A DNA stretch of 64,000 bases, from contig NC_052149.1 of the NCBI RefSeq assembly GCF_902713615.1, positions 126,793,256 through 126,857,255 on the forward strand, given 5' to 3'. Shown here in pieces: positions 27,702-41,027 of this stretch. A program made the position numbers and the translations under genes. The notes under the pieces are model-generated. The model was given only the letters and a program-made list of their open reading frames with translations, was not told where the DNA came from and did not search any database. Source of the stretch: Scyliorhinus canicula. Taxonomy: Eukaryota. How positions within the stretch are numbered: position 1 is the stretch's first letter; each line of letters starts with the position of its first letter.

Positions 27702-27915
27702 CATGATGTGGAAATGCCGGCGTTGGACTGGGGTGAGCACAGTAAGAAGTCTTCCAACACCAGGTTAAAGTCCAACATGTTTGTTTCAAACACGAGCTTT
27801 CGGAGCACTGCTCCTTCCTCAAGTGAATCACCTGATGAAGGAGCAGTGCTCCGAAAGCTAGTGATTTGAAACAAACCTGTTGGACTTTAACCTGGTGTTG
27901 GAAGACTTCTTACTG
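27702..27915. mobile_element. Penelope-like-element terminal fragment forming a 176-bp hairpin (27740-27915)
   Basis: 11-bp TSD GGTTCAAAAAC at 27691-27701 and 27916-27926. The two arms are near-complementary and carry hammerhead cores. Confidence 0.75.
27826..27866 (+). ncRNA. Minimal type-I hammerhead ribozyme motif
   Basis: AATCAC-CTGATGA-A-GGAGC(AGT)GCTCC-GAA-AGCT-A-GTGATT. Stem I 6 bp, stem II 5 bp, core CUGAUGA/GAAA, palindromic stem III AGCU, UA cleavage site after 27860. Confidence 0.75.
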
Positions 27916-28169
27916 GGTTCAAAAACAGCTTCTTCCCCGCAGTTACCCGACTCCTGAATGACCCTCTTATGGACTGATCTGATCTCTTCACATATCTTCT
28001 CTAATGAGTAGTACTACACTCCTGTATGCTTCATCCAATGCCGGTAGCTATGTATTTACATTGTTTTTTTTCATGAATGGAATGATTTGTCTGGACTATG
28101 CGCAGAACAATACGTTTCACTGTACCTCGGTACACGTGACAATAAAACAAATCCAAACCCAAGGATGGA

Positions 28170-28690
28170 GTGCTGGCCACACAACAGGCCGAGGAGGAGG
28201 AGGAGGAGGAGGAGGTGCAAAGGAGGTGCCACATGAGGCCTCATGTGTACCGGCAGCGCCTGACATTCGAGGACCTGCCGGACCGGGCATGCTGTCGAAG
28301 TCTCCGGCTGATCAGGGGATGTGCGGAATTTCTGCCAGATCATGATGCTCCAGGCACCATCAATAGGAGAGGACACCGTCAAGGTGACGGTCGCCCTGAA
28401 CCTTTACGCCATGGGGTCCATAGTCATAGTCTGGGATCTCACAGAGCTCGGTGCAAAGGTACATCCGCGTTGTCACGGAGGCCCTATATCCCCAGAAGCC
28501 ACAATATATACATTTCAATGTGGCCCGTGCCCACCACGATACAACGCCGGGATACCCCGGGTCAAGGAGAGATCAACGGGGTGCATGTCCTCCTGCGAAC
28601 ATTTGCAGATGACAGGCCGCTCTACACAAACCGTAAGGAGTTCCACTCGATGACCATGCAGCTGGTGTGTAACCATCAGCTGAGCATCAG
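28170..28690 (+). pseudogene. PIF/Harbinger (HARBI1-like, DDE_Tnp_4) transposase, N-terminal part
   Basis: PHVYRQRLTFEDLPDRAC-LRL, VKVTVALNLYAMGS, PGQGEINGVHV (GxIDGxH with D>N), NRKEFHSMTMQLVCNHQLSIRH. Frameshifted. Confidence 0.85.
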
Positions 28691-31600
28691 ACACAACTGT
28701 GCCCAATACCCGGGCAGTGTGCACAACGTCTTCATCATACACAACTGTGCCCAATACCCGGGCAGTGTGCACAACGTCTTCATCATAAACAACTGTGCCC
28801 AATACCCGGGCAGTGTGCACAACGTCTTCATCATAAACAACTGTGCCCAATACCCGGGCAGTGTGCACAACGTCTTCATCATAAACAACTGTGCCCAATA
28901 CCCGGGCAGTGTGCACAACGCCTTCATCATAAACAACTGTGCCCAATACCCGGGCAGTGTGCACAACTCCTTCATCATACACAACTGTGCCCAATACCCG
29001 GGCAGTGTGCACAACGTCTTCATCATACACAACTGTGCCCAATACCCGGGGAGTGTGCACAACGTCTTCATCATACACAGCTGTGCCCAATACCTGGGCA
29101 GTGTGCACAACGTCTTCATCATACACAACTGTGCCCAATACCCGGGCAGTGTGCACAACATCTTCATCATACACAACTGTGCCCAATACCCGGTCAGTGT
29201 GCAACAAAGTCTTCATAATACAAAACTGTGCCCAATGCCCGGGCAGTGTGCACAGCCCCTTCATCATAAACAACTGTGCCCAATACCCGGGCAGTGTGCA
29301 CAACGTCTTCATCATAAACAACTGTGCCCAATACCCGGGCAGTGTGCACAACGTCTTCATCATACACAACTGAGCCCAATACCCGGGCAGTGTGCACAAC
29401 ACCTTCATCATACACAACTGTGCCCAATACCCGGGCAGTGTGCACAACGTCTTCATCATACACAACTGTGCCCAATACCCGGGCAGTGTGCACAACGTCT
29501 TCATCATACACAACTGTGCCCAATACCCGGGCAGTGTGCACAAAGTCTTCATCATACACAACTGTGCCCAATACCCGGGCAGTGTGTACAGCCCCTTCTT
29601 CATAAACAACTGTGCCCAATACCCGGGCAGTGTGCACAACGTCTTCATCATAAACAACTGTGCCCAATACCCGGGCAGTGTGCACAACGTCTTCATCATA
29701 CACAACTGAGCCCAATACCCGGGCAGTGTGCACAACACCTTCATCATACACAACTGTGCCCAATACCCGGGCAGTGTGCACAACGTCTTCATCATACACA
29801 ACTGTGCCCAATACCCGGGCAGTGTGCACGTCTTCATCTTACACAACTGTGCCCAATACCCGGGCAGTGTGCACAAAGCCTTCATCATAGACAACTGTGC
29901 CCAATACCCGGGCAGTGTGCACAACGTCTTCATCATACACAACTGTGCCCAATACCCGGGCAGTGTGCACAAAGCCTTCATCATAAACAACTGTGAACAA
30001 TACCCAGGCAGTGCACACAACACCTTCATCAGACACAACTGTGCCCAATACCCTGGCAGTGTGCACAAAGCCTTCATCATAAACAACTGTGCCCAATACC
30101 CGGGCAGTGTACACAACACCTTCATCATAAACAACTGTGCCCAATACCCGGGCAGTGTGCACAACATCTTCATCATACACAACTGTGCCCAATACCTGGG
30201 CAGTGTGCACAAAGCCTTCATCATACACAACTGTGCCCAATACCCGGGCAGTGTGCACAAAGCCTTCATCATAAACAACTGTGCCCAATACCCGGGCAGT
30301 GTGCACAACGTCTTCATCATACACAACTGTGCCCAATACCCGGGCAGTGTGCACAACGTCTTCATCATAAACAACTGTGCCCAATACCCGGGCAGTGTGC
30401 ACAACGTCTTCATCATACACAACTGTGCCCAATACCCGTGCAGTGTGCACAACGTCTTCATCATAAACAACTGTGCCCAATACCCGGGCAGTGTGCACAA
30501 TGCCTTCATCATACACAACTGTGCCCAATACCCGGGCAATGTGAAGAACGTCTTCATCATAAACAACTGTGCCCAATACCCAGGCAGTGTGCACAACGTC
30601 TTCATCATACACAACTGTGCCCAATACCCGGGCAGTGTGCACAACATCTTCATCATATACAACTGTGCCCAATACCCGGGCAGTGTGCACAACGTCTTCA
30701 TCATAAACAACTGTGCCCAATACCCGGGCAGTGTGCAAAAAGCCTTCATCATAAACAACTGTGCCAAATTCCCGGGCAGTGTGCACAACGTCTTCATCAT
30801 ACACAACTTTGCCCAATACCCGGGCAGTGTGCACAAAGCCTTCATCATAAACAACTGCGCCCAATACCTGGGCAGTGTGCACAACGTCACATCATACACA
30901 ACTGTGCCCAATACCCGGGCAGTGTGCACAACGTCTTCATCAATAACAACTGTGCCCAATACCCGGGCAGTGTGCACAAAGCCTTCATCATAAACAACTG
31001 AGCCCAATACCCGGGCAGTGTGCACAACGTGATCATCATAAACAACTGTGCCCAATACCCGGGCAGTGTGCACAACGTCTTCATCATAAACAACTGTGCC
31101 CAATACCCGGGCAGTGTGCACAACGCCTTCATCATAAACAACTGTGCCCAATACCCGGGCAGTGTGCACAACTCCTTCATCGTACACAACTGTGCCCAAT
31201 ACCCGGGCAGTGTGCACAACGTCTTCATTATAAACAACTGTGCCCAATACCCGGGCAGTGTGCACAACGTCTTCATCATAAACAACTGTGCCCAATACCC
31301 GGGCAGTGTGCACAATGTCTTCATCAGACACAACTATGCCCAATACCCGGGCAGTGTGCACAATGCCTTCATCATAAACAACTGTGCCCAGTACCCGGGC
31401 AGTGTGCACAACGCCTTCATCATAAACAACTGTGCCCAATATCCGGGCAGTGTGCACAACGTCTTCATCATAAACAACTGTGCCCAATACCCGGGCAGTG
31501 TGCACAACTCCTTCATCATACACAACTGTGCCCAATACCCGGGCAGTGTGCACAAAGCCTTCATCATAAACAACTGTGCCCAATACCCGGGCAGTGTGCA

Positions 31601-34600
31601 CAACGCCTTCATCATACACAACTGTGCCCAATACCCGGGCAGTCTGCACAACGTCTTCATCATACACAACTGTGCCCAATACCCGGGCAGTGTGCACAAC
31701 GTCTTCATCATAAACAACTGTGCCAAATACCCGGGCAGTGTGCACAACGCCGTCATCATACACAACTGTGCCCAATTCCCGGGCAGTGTGCACAATGTCT
31801 TCATCACACACAACTGTGCCCAATACCCGGGCAATGTGTACAACGTCTTCATCATACACAACTGTGCCCAATACCCAGGCAGTGTGCACAACGTCTTCAT
31901 CATACACAACTGTGCCCAATACCCGGGCAGTGTGCACAACGTCTTCATCATACACAACTGTGCCCAATACCCGGGCAGTGTGCACGTCTTCATCTTACAC
32001 AACTGTGCCCAATACCCGGGCAGTGTGCACAAAGCCTTCATCATAGACAACTGTGCCCAATACCCGGGCAGTGTGCACAACGTCTTCATCATACACAACT
32101 GTGCCCAATACCCGGGCAGTGTGCACAAAGCCTTCATCATAAACAACTGTGAACAATACCCAGGCAGTGCACACAACACCTTCATCAGACACAACTGTGC
32201 CCAATACCCTGGCAGTGTGCACAAAGCCTTCATCATAAACAACTGTGCCCAATACCCGGGCAGTGTACACAACACCTTCATCATAAACAACTGTGCCCAA
32301 TACCCGGGCAGTGTGCACAACGTCTTCATCATACACAACTGTGCCCAATACCTGGGCAGTGTGCACAAAGCCTTCATCATACACAACTGTGCCCAATACC
32401 CGGGCAGTGTGCACAAAGCCTTCATCATAAACAACTGTGCCCAATACCCGGGCAGTGTGCACAACGTCTTCATCATACACAACTGTGCCCAATACCCGGG
32501 CAGTGTGCACAACGTCTTCATCATAAACAACTGTGCCCAATACCCGGGCAGTGTGCACAACGTCTTCATCATACACAACTGTGCCCAATACCCGTGCAGT
32601 GTGCACAACGTCTTCATCATAAACAACTGTGCCCAATACCCGGGCAGTGTGCACAATGCCTTCATCATACACAACTGTGCCCAATACCCGGGCAATGTGA
32701 AGAACGTCTTCATCATAAACAACTGTGCCCAATACCCAGGCAGTGTGCACAACGTCTTCATCATACACAACTGTGCCCAATACCCGGGCAGTGTGCACAA
32801 CATCTTCATCATATACAACTGTGCCCAATACCCGGGCAGTGTGCACAACGTCTTCATCATAAACAACTGTGCCCAATACCCGGGCAGTGTGCACAACGCC
32901 TTCATCATAAACAACTGTGCCCAATACCCGGGCAGTGTGCACAACGCCTTCATCATAAACAACTGTGCCCAATACCCGGGCAGTGTGCAAAAAGCCTTCA
33001 TCATAAACAACTGTGCCCAATTCCCGGGCAGTGTGCACAACGTCTTCATCATACACAACTTTGCCCAATACCCGGGCAGTGTGCACAAAGCCTTCATCAT
33101 AAACAACTGCGCCCAATACCTGGGCAGTGTGCACAACGTCACATCATACACAACTGTGCCCAATACCCGGGCAGTGTGCACAACGTCTTCATCAATAACA
33201 ACTGTGCCCAATACCCGGGCAGTGTGCACAAAGCCTTCATCATAAACAACTGAGCCCAATACCCGGGCAGTGTGCACAACGTGATCATCATAAACAACTG
33301 TGCCCAATACCCGGGCAGTGTGCACAACGTCTTCATCATAAACAACTGTGCCCAATACCCGGGCAGTGTGCACAACGCCTTCATCATAAACAACTGTGCC
33401 CAATACCCGGGCAGTGTGCACAACTCCTTCATTGTACACAACTGTGCCCAATACCCGGGCAGTGTGCACAACGTCTTCATTATAAACAACTGTGCCCAAT
33501 ACCCGGGCAGTGTGCACAACGTCTTCATCATAAACAACTGTGCCCAATACCCGGGCAGTGTGCACAATGTCTTCATCAGACACAACTATGCCCAATACCC
33601 GGGCAGTGTGCACAATGCCTTCATCATAAACAACTGTGCCCAGTACCCGGGCAGTGTGCACAACGCCTTCATCATAAACAACTGTGCCCAATATCCGGGC
33701 AGTGTGCACAACGTCTTCATCATAAACAACTGTGCCCAATACCCGGGCAGTGTGCACAACTCCTTCATCATACACAACTGTGCCCAATACCCGGGCAGTG
33801 TGCACAAAGCCTTCATCATAAACAACTGTGCCCAATACCCGGGCAGTGTGCACAACGCCTTCATCATACACAACTGTGCCCAATACCCGGGCAGTCTGCA
33901 CAACGTCTTCATCATACACAACTGTGCCCAATACCCGGGCAGTGTGCACAACGTCTTCATCATAAACAACTGTGCCAAATACCCGGGCAGTGTGCACAAC
34001 GCCGTCATCATACACAACTGTGCCCAATTCCCGGGCAGTGTGCACAATGTCTTCATCACACACAACTGTGCCCAATACCCGGGCAATGTGTACAACGTCT
34101 TCATCATACACAACTGTGCCCAATACCCAGGCAGTGTGCACAACGTCTTCATCATACACAACTGTGCCCAATACCCGGGCAGTGTGCACAACGTCTTCAT
34201 CAGAAACAACTGTGCCCAATACCCGGGCAGTGTGCACAACGTCTTCATCATAAACAACTGTGCCCAATACACGGGCAGTGTGCACAACGTCTTCATCATT
34301 AACAACTGTGCCCAATACCCGGGCAGTGTGCACAACGTCTTCATCAGACAACACTGTGCCCAATACCCGGGCAGTGTGCACAACGTCTTCATCATACACA
34401 ACTGTGCCCAATACCCGGGCAGTGTGCACAACGTCTTCATCATAAACAACTGTGCCCAATACCCGGGCAGTGTGCACAACGTCTTCATCATAAACAACTG
34501 TGCCCAATACCCGGGCAGTGTGCACAACGTCTTCATCATAAACAACTGTGCCCAATACCCGGGCAGTGTGCACAACGCCTTCATCATAAACAACTGTGCC

Positions 34601-36854
34601 CAATACCCGGGCAGTGTGCACAACTCCTTCATCATACACAACTGTGCCCAATACCCGGGCAGTGTGCACAACGTCTTCATCATACACAACTGTGCCCAAT
34701 ACCCGGGCAGTGTGCACAACGTCTTCATCATACACAGCTGTGCCCAATACCTGGGCAGTGTGCACAACGTCTTCATCATACACAACTGTGCCCAATACCC
34801 GGGCAGTGTGCACAACGTCTTCAACATACACAACTGTGCCCAATACCCGGGCAGTGTGCACAAAGTCTTCATCATACACAACTGTGCCCAATGCCCGGGC
34901 AGTGTGCACAGCCCCTTCATCATAAACAACTGTGCCCAATACCCGGGCAGTGTGCACAACGTCTTCATCATAAACAACTGTGCCCAATACCCGGGCAGTG
35001 TGCACAACGTCTTCATCATACACAACTGAGCCCAATACCCGGGCAGTGTGCACAACACCTTCATGATACACAACTGTGCCCAATACCCGGGCAGTGTGCA
35101 CAACGTCTTCATCATACACAACTGTGCCCAATACCCGGGCAGTGTGCACAACGTCTTCATCATACACAACTCTGCCCAATACCCGGGCAGTGTGCACAAA
35201 GTCTTCATCATACACAACTGTGCCCAATACTCGGACAGTGTGCACAGCCCCTTCTTCATAAACAACTGTGCCCAATACCCGGGCAGTGTGCACAACGTCT
35301 TCATCATAAACAACTGTGCCCAATACCCAGGCAGTGTGCACAACGTCTTCATCATACACAACTGAGCCCAATACCCGGGCAGTGTGCACAACACCTTCAT
35401 CATACACAACTGTGCCCAATACCCGGGCAGTGTGCACAACGTCTTCATCATACACAACTGTGCCCAATACCCGGGCAGTGTGAACGTCTTCATCTTACAC
35501 AACTGTGCCCAATACCCAGGCAGTGTGCACAAAGCCTTCATCATACACAACTGTGCCCAATACCCGGGCAGTGTGCACAACGTCTTCATCATACACAACT
35601 GTGCCGAATACCCGGGCAGTGTGCACAAAGCCTTCATCATAAACAACTGTGAACAATACCCAGGCAGTGTACACAGCCCCTTCTTCATAAACAACTGTGC
35701 CCAATACCCGGGCAGTGTGCACAACGTCTTCATCATAAACAACTGTGCCCAATACCCGGGCAGTGTGCACAACGTCTTCATCATACACAACTGAGCCCAA
35801 TACCCGGGCAGTGTGCACAACACCTTCATCATACACAACTGTGCCCAATACCCGGGCAGTGTGCACAACGTCTTCATCATACACAACTGTGCCCAATACC
35901 CGAGCAGTGTGCACGTCTTCATCTTACACAACTGTGCCCAATACCCGGGCAGTGTGCACAAAGCCTTCATCATACACAACTGTGCCCAATACCCGGGCAG
36001 TGTGCACAACGTCTTCATCATACACAACTGTGCCCAATACCCGGGCAGTGTGCACAAAGCCTTCATCATACACAACTGTGCCCAATACCCGGGCAGTGTG
36101 CACAAAGCATTCATCGTAAACAACTGTGCCCAATACCCGGGCAGTGTGCACAAAGCCTTCATCATACACAACTGTGCCCAATACCCGGGCAGTGTGCACA
36201 AAGCCTTCATCATAAACAACTGTGCCCAATACCCGGGCAGTGTGCACAACGTCTTCATCATACACAACTGTGCCCAATACCCGGGCAGTGTGCATAACGT
36301 CTTCATCATAAACAACTGTGCCCAATACCCGGGCAGTGTGCACAACGTCTTCATCATACACAACTGTGCCCAATACCCGTGCAGTGTGCACAACGTCTTC
36401 ATCATAAACAACTGTGCCCAATACCCGGGCAGTGTGCACAATGCCTTCATCATACACAACTGTGCCCAATACCCGGGCAATGTGAAGAACGTCTTCATCA
36501 TAAACAACTGTGCCCAATACCCAGGCAGTGTGCACAACGTCTTCATCATACACAACTGTGCCCAATACCCGGGCAGTGTGCACAACATCTTCATCATAGA
36601 CAACTGTGCCCAATACCCGGGCAGTGTGCACAACGTCTTCATCATAAACAACTGTGCCCAATACCCGGGCAGTGTGCACAACGTCTTCATCATTAACAAC
36701 TGTGCCCAATACCCGGGCAGTGTGCACAACGTCTTCATCAGACAACACTGTGCCCAATACCCGGGCAGTGTGCACAACGTCTTCATCATAAACAACTGTG
36801 CCCAATACCCGGGCAGTGTGCACAAAGCCTTCATCATACACAACTGTGCCCAAT
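28691..36854 (+). repeat. 48-bp satellite derived from Harbinger transposase (unit encodes HNCAQYPGSVHNVFII), part 1, ~170 units
   Basis: ACACAACTGT recurs at 28691 and 28739. The first units are in frame with the transposase. Confidence 0.97.
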
Positions 36855-39709
36855 GGCCACTATGATTTAGTGGCCCTTACTGAAACATGGTTAAAGGATG
36901 GTCACGACTGGGAGTTAAATATCCGAGGGTATCAAACTATTCGGAAGGGCAGAGTGGATGGTAAGGGAGGTGGTGTTGCTCTGTTAGTTAAGGATGACAT
37001 CCGGGCAATAGTAAGGGATGACATCGGTGCTATGGAGGATAAGGTTGAATCCATTTGGGTGGAAATCAGGAATAGTAAGGCGAAAAAGTCACTGATAGGA
37101 GTAGTCTATCGGCCACCAAATAGTAACGAGATGGTGAGGCAGGCAATAAACAAAGAAATAACTGATGCATGTAGAAATGGTACAGCAGTTATCATGGGGG
37201 ATTTTAATCTACATGTCGATTGGTTTAACCAGGTCGGTCAAGGCAACCGTGAGGAGGAGTTTATAGAATGTATCCGCGATAGTTTCCTAGAACAGTATGT
37301 AATGGAACCTACGAGGGAACAAGCGGTCCTAAATCTTGTCCTGTGTAATGAGACAGGATTGATTCATGATTTCATAGTTAGGGATCCTCTCGGAAGGAGC
37401 GATCACAATATGGTGGAATTTAAAATACAGATGGAGGGTGAGAAAGTAAAATCAAATACTAGTGTTTTGTGTTTAAACAAAGGAGATTACAAGGGGATGA
37501 GAGAAGAACTAGCTAAGGTAGACTGGGAGCTAAGACTTTATGGTGGAACAGTTGAGGAACAGTGGAGAACCTTCCAAGCGATTTTTCACAAAGGTTTATA
37601 CCAGCAAAGGTTTATACCAACAAAAAGGAAGGACGGAAGAAAGAGGGAAAATCGACCGTGGATATCTAAGGAAATAAGGGAGAGTATCAAATTGAAGGAA
37701 AAAGCATATAAAGTGGCAAAGATTGCTGGGAGATTAGAGGACTGGGAAATGTTTAGGGGGCAACAGAAAGCTACTAAAAAAAGCTATAAAGAAGATTAAG
37801 ATAGAGTATGAGAGTAAACTTGCTCAGAATATAAAAACAGACAGTAAAAGTTTTTACAAATATATAAGACAAAAAAGAGTGGCTAAGGTAAATATTGGTC
37901 CTTTAGAGGATGAGAAGGGAGTTTTAATAATGGGAAATGAGGAAATGGCTGAGGAACTGAACAGGTTTTTTGGGTCGGTCTTCACAGTGGAAGACACAAA
38001 TAACATGCCAGCGACTGATAGAAATGAGGCTATGACAGGTGAGGACCTTGAGAGGATTGTTATCACTAAGGAGGGAGTGATGGGCAAGCTAATGGGGCTA
38101 AAGGTAGACAAGTCTCCTGGCCCTGATGGAATGCATCCCAGAGTGCTAAAAGAGATGGCTAGGGAAATTGCAGATGCACTAGTGATAATTTACCGAAATT
38201 CACTAGACTCTGGGGTGGTCCCGGTGGATTGGAAATTAGCAAACGTGACGCCACTGTTTAAAAAAGGAGGTAGGCAGAAAGCAGGAAATTATAGGCCAGT
38301 GAGTTTAACTTCGGTAATAGGGAAGATGCTGGAATCTATCATCAAGGAAGAAATTGCGAGGCATCTGGATAGAAATTGCCCCATTGGGCAGACGCAGCAT
38401 GGGTTCGTTAAAGGCAGGTCATGCCTAACTAATTTAGTGGAATTTTTTGAGGACATTACCAATGCAGTAGATAACGGGGAGCCGATGGATGTGGTATATC
38501 TGGATTTCCAGAAAGCCTTTGACAAGGTGCCACACAAAAGGTTGCTGCATAAGATAAAGATGCATGGCATTAAGGGTAAAGTAGTAGCATGGATAGAGGA
38601 TTGGTTAATTAATAGAAAGCAAAGAGTTGGGATAAATGGGTGTTTCTCTGGTTGGCAATCAGTAGCTAGTGGTGTCCCTCAGGGATCCATGTTGGGCCCA
38701 CAATTGTTCACAATTTACATTGACGATTTGGAGTTGGGGACCAAGGGCAATGTGTCCAAGTTTGCAGATGACACTAAGATGAGTGGTAAAGCGAAAAGTG
38801 CAGAGGATACTGGAAGTCTGCAGAGGGATTTGGATAGGTTAAGTGAATGGGCTCGGGTCTGGCAGATGGAATACAATGTTGACAAATGTGAGGTTATCCA
38901 TTTTGGTAGGAATAACAGCAAACGGGATTATTATTTAAGCGATAAAATATTAAAGCATGCCGCTGTTCAGAGAGACTTGGGTGTGCTAGTGCATGAGTCA
39001 CAGAAGGTTGGTTTACAAGTGCAACAGGTGATTAAGAAGGCAAATGGAATTTTGTCCTTCATTGCTAGAGGGATGGAGTTTAAGACTAGGGAGGTTATGT
39101 TGCAATTGTAAGGTGTTAGTGCGGCCACACCTGGAGTATTGTGTTCAGTTTTGGTCTCCTTACTTGAGAAAGGACGTACTGGCGCTGGAGGGTGTGCAGA
39201 GGAGATTCACTAGGTTAATCCCAGAGCTGAAGGGGTTGGATTATGAGGAGAGGTTGAGTAGACTGGGACTGTACTCGTTGGAATTTAGAAGGATGAGGGG
39301 GGATCTTATAGAAACATTTAAAATTATGAAGGGAATAGATAGGATAGATGCGGGCAGGTTGTTTCCACTGGCGGGTGACAGCAGAACTAGGGGGCATAGC
39401 CTCAAAATAAGGGGAAGTAGATTTAGGACTGAGTTTAGGAGGAACTTCTTCACCCAAAGGGTTGTGAATCTATGGAATTCCTTGCCCAGTGAAGCAGTTG
39501 AGGCTCCTTCATTACATGTTTTTAAGGTAAAGATAGATAGTTTTTTGAAGAATAAAGGGATTAAGGTTTATGGTGTTCGGGGCGGAAAGTGGAGCTGAGT
39601 CCACAAAAGATCAGCCATGATCTAATTGAATGACGGAGCAGGCTCGAGGGGCCAGATGGCCTACTCCTGCTCCTAGTTCTTATGTTCTTATGTTCTTATG
39701 TTCTTATGT
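36855..39709 (+). mobile_element. 5'-truncated CR1 LINE inserted in the 48-bp array
   Basis: DLVALTETW-GVVYRPP-MGDFN-DHN, then KSPGPDG-GVPQGSMLGP-FADD. (TTCTTATG)n tail. AAT duplicated at 36852-36854 and 39710-39712. Confidence 0.95.
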
Positions 39710-41027
39710 AATACCCGGGCAGTGTGCACAATGCCTTCATCATAAACAACTGTGCCCAATACCCGGGCAGTGTGCACAACGCCTTCATCATAAACAACTG
39801 TGCCCAATACCGGGGCAGTGTGCACAACGTCTTCATCATAAACAACTGTGCCCAATACCCGGGCAGTGTGCACAAAGCCTTCATCATACACAACTGTGCC
39901 CAATACCCGGGCAGTGTGCACAAAGCCTTCATCATAAACAACTGTGCCCAATACCCGGGCAGTCTGCACAACGTCTTCATCATACACAACTGTGCCCAAT
40001 ACCCGGGCAGTGTGCACAACGTCTTCATCATAAACAACTGTGCCCAATACCCGGGCAGTGTGCACAACGCCGTCATCATACACAACTGTGCCCAATACCC
40101 GGGCAGTGTGCACAACGTCTTCATCATACACAACTGTGCCCAATACCCGGGCAGTGTGCACAACGTCTTCATCATAAACAACTGTGCCCAATACCCGGGC
40201 AGTGTGCACAAAGCCTTCATCATACACAACTGTGCCCAATACCCGGGCAGTGTGCACAAAGCCTTCATCATAAACAACTGTGCCCAATACCCGGGCAGTG
40301 TGCACAAAGCCTTCATCATACACAACTGTGCCCAATACCCGGGCAGTGTGCACAAAGCCTTCTTCATAAACAACTGTGCCCAATACTCGGGCAGTGTGCA
40401 CAACGTCTTCATCATACACAACTGTGCCCAATACCCGGGCAGTGTGCACAACGTCTTCATCATAAACAACTGTGCCCAATACCCGGGCAGTGTGCACAAC
40501 GTCTTCATCATACACAACTGTGCCCAATACCCGTGCAGTGTGCACAACGTCTTCATCATAAACAACTGTGCCCAATACCCGGGCAGTGTGCACAATGCCT
40601 TCATCATACACAACTGTGCCCAATACCCGGGCAATGTGTACAACGTCTTCATCATACACAACTGTGCCCAATACCCAGGCAGTGTGCACAACATCTTCAT
40701 CATACACAACTGTGTCCAATACCCGGGCAGTGTGCACAACATCTTCATCATACACAACTGTGCCCAATACCCGGGCAGTGTGCACAACGTCTTCACCATA
40801 AACAACTGTGCCCAATACCCGGGCAGTGTGCAAAAAGCCTTCATCATAAACAACTGTGCCCAATTCCTGGGCAGTGTGCACAACGTCTTCATCATACACA
40901 ACTTTGCCCAATACCCGGGCAGTGTGTACAAAGCCTTCATCATTAGCAACTGTGCCCAATACCCGGGCAGTGTGCACAACGTCTTCATCATACACAACTG
41001 TGCCCAATACCCGGGCAGTGTGCACAT
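39710..41027 (+). repeat. 48-bp satellite, part 2 (~27 units)
   Basis: Same unit. Ends in ...PGSVH, then unique transposase sequence ISFIPAHSMIPDMFEM. Confidence 0.95.

Larger units (their letters stand above)
26955..28150 (+). mobile_element. 5'-truncated Rex1/Babar-like LINE RT 3' end
   Basis: PLLY-YTHDCVAKF-FADDTTIVGRI-WCNDNNLSL-FKFLGVHI-IIKDPSHPAYSLF-RTNRFKNSFFP. AATAAA near 28141. Confidence 0.75.

Noticed and set aside
28170-28690. Domesticated host gene HARBI1
   Set aside because: Frameshifts, substituted catalytic-motif residues and multiple insertions indicate a dead transposon copy.
28691-41027. CRISPR-like array or repeat-protein gene
   Set aside because: Units are head-to-tail with no unique spacers and no cas genes. 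The context is vertebrate and the unit is explained as transposase sequence.
28691-41027. Heptamer CACACTG (identical to the J RSS heptamer) on the minus strand of each 48-bp unit
   Set aside because: Neither the 12-bp (GCACAGTTG) nor the 23-bp (TATGATGAA) position holds a nonamer-like sequence.
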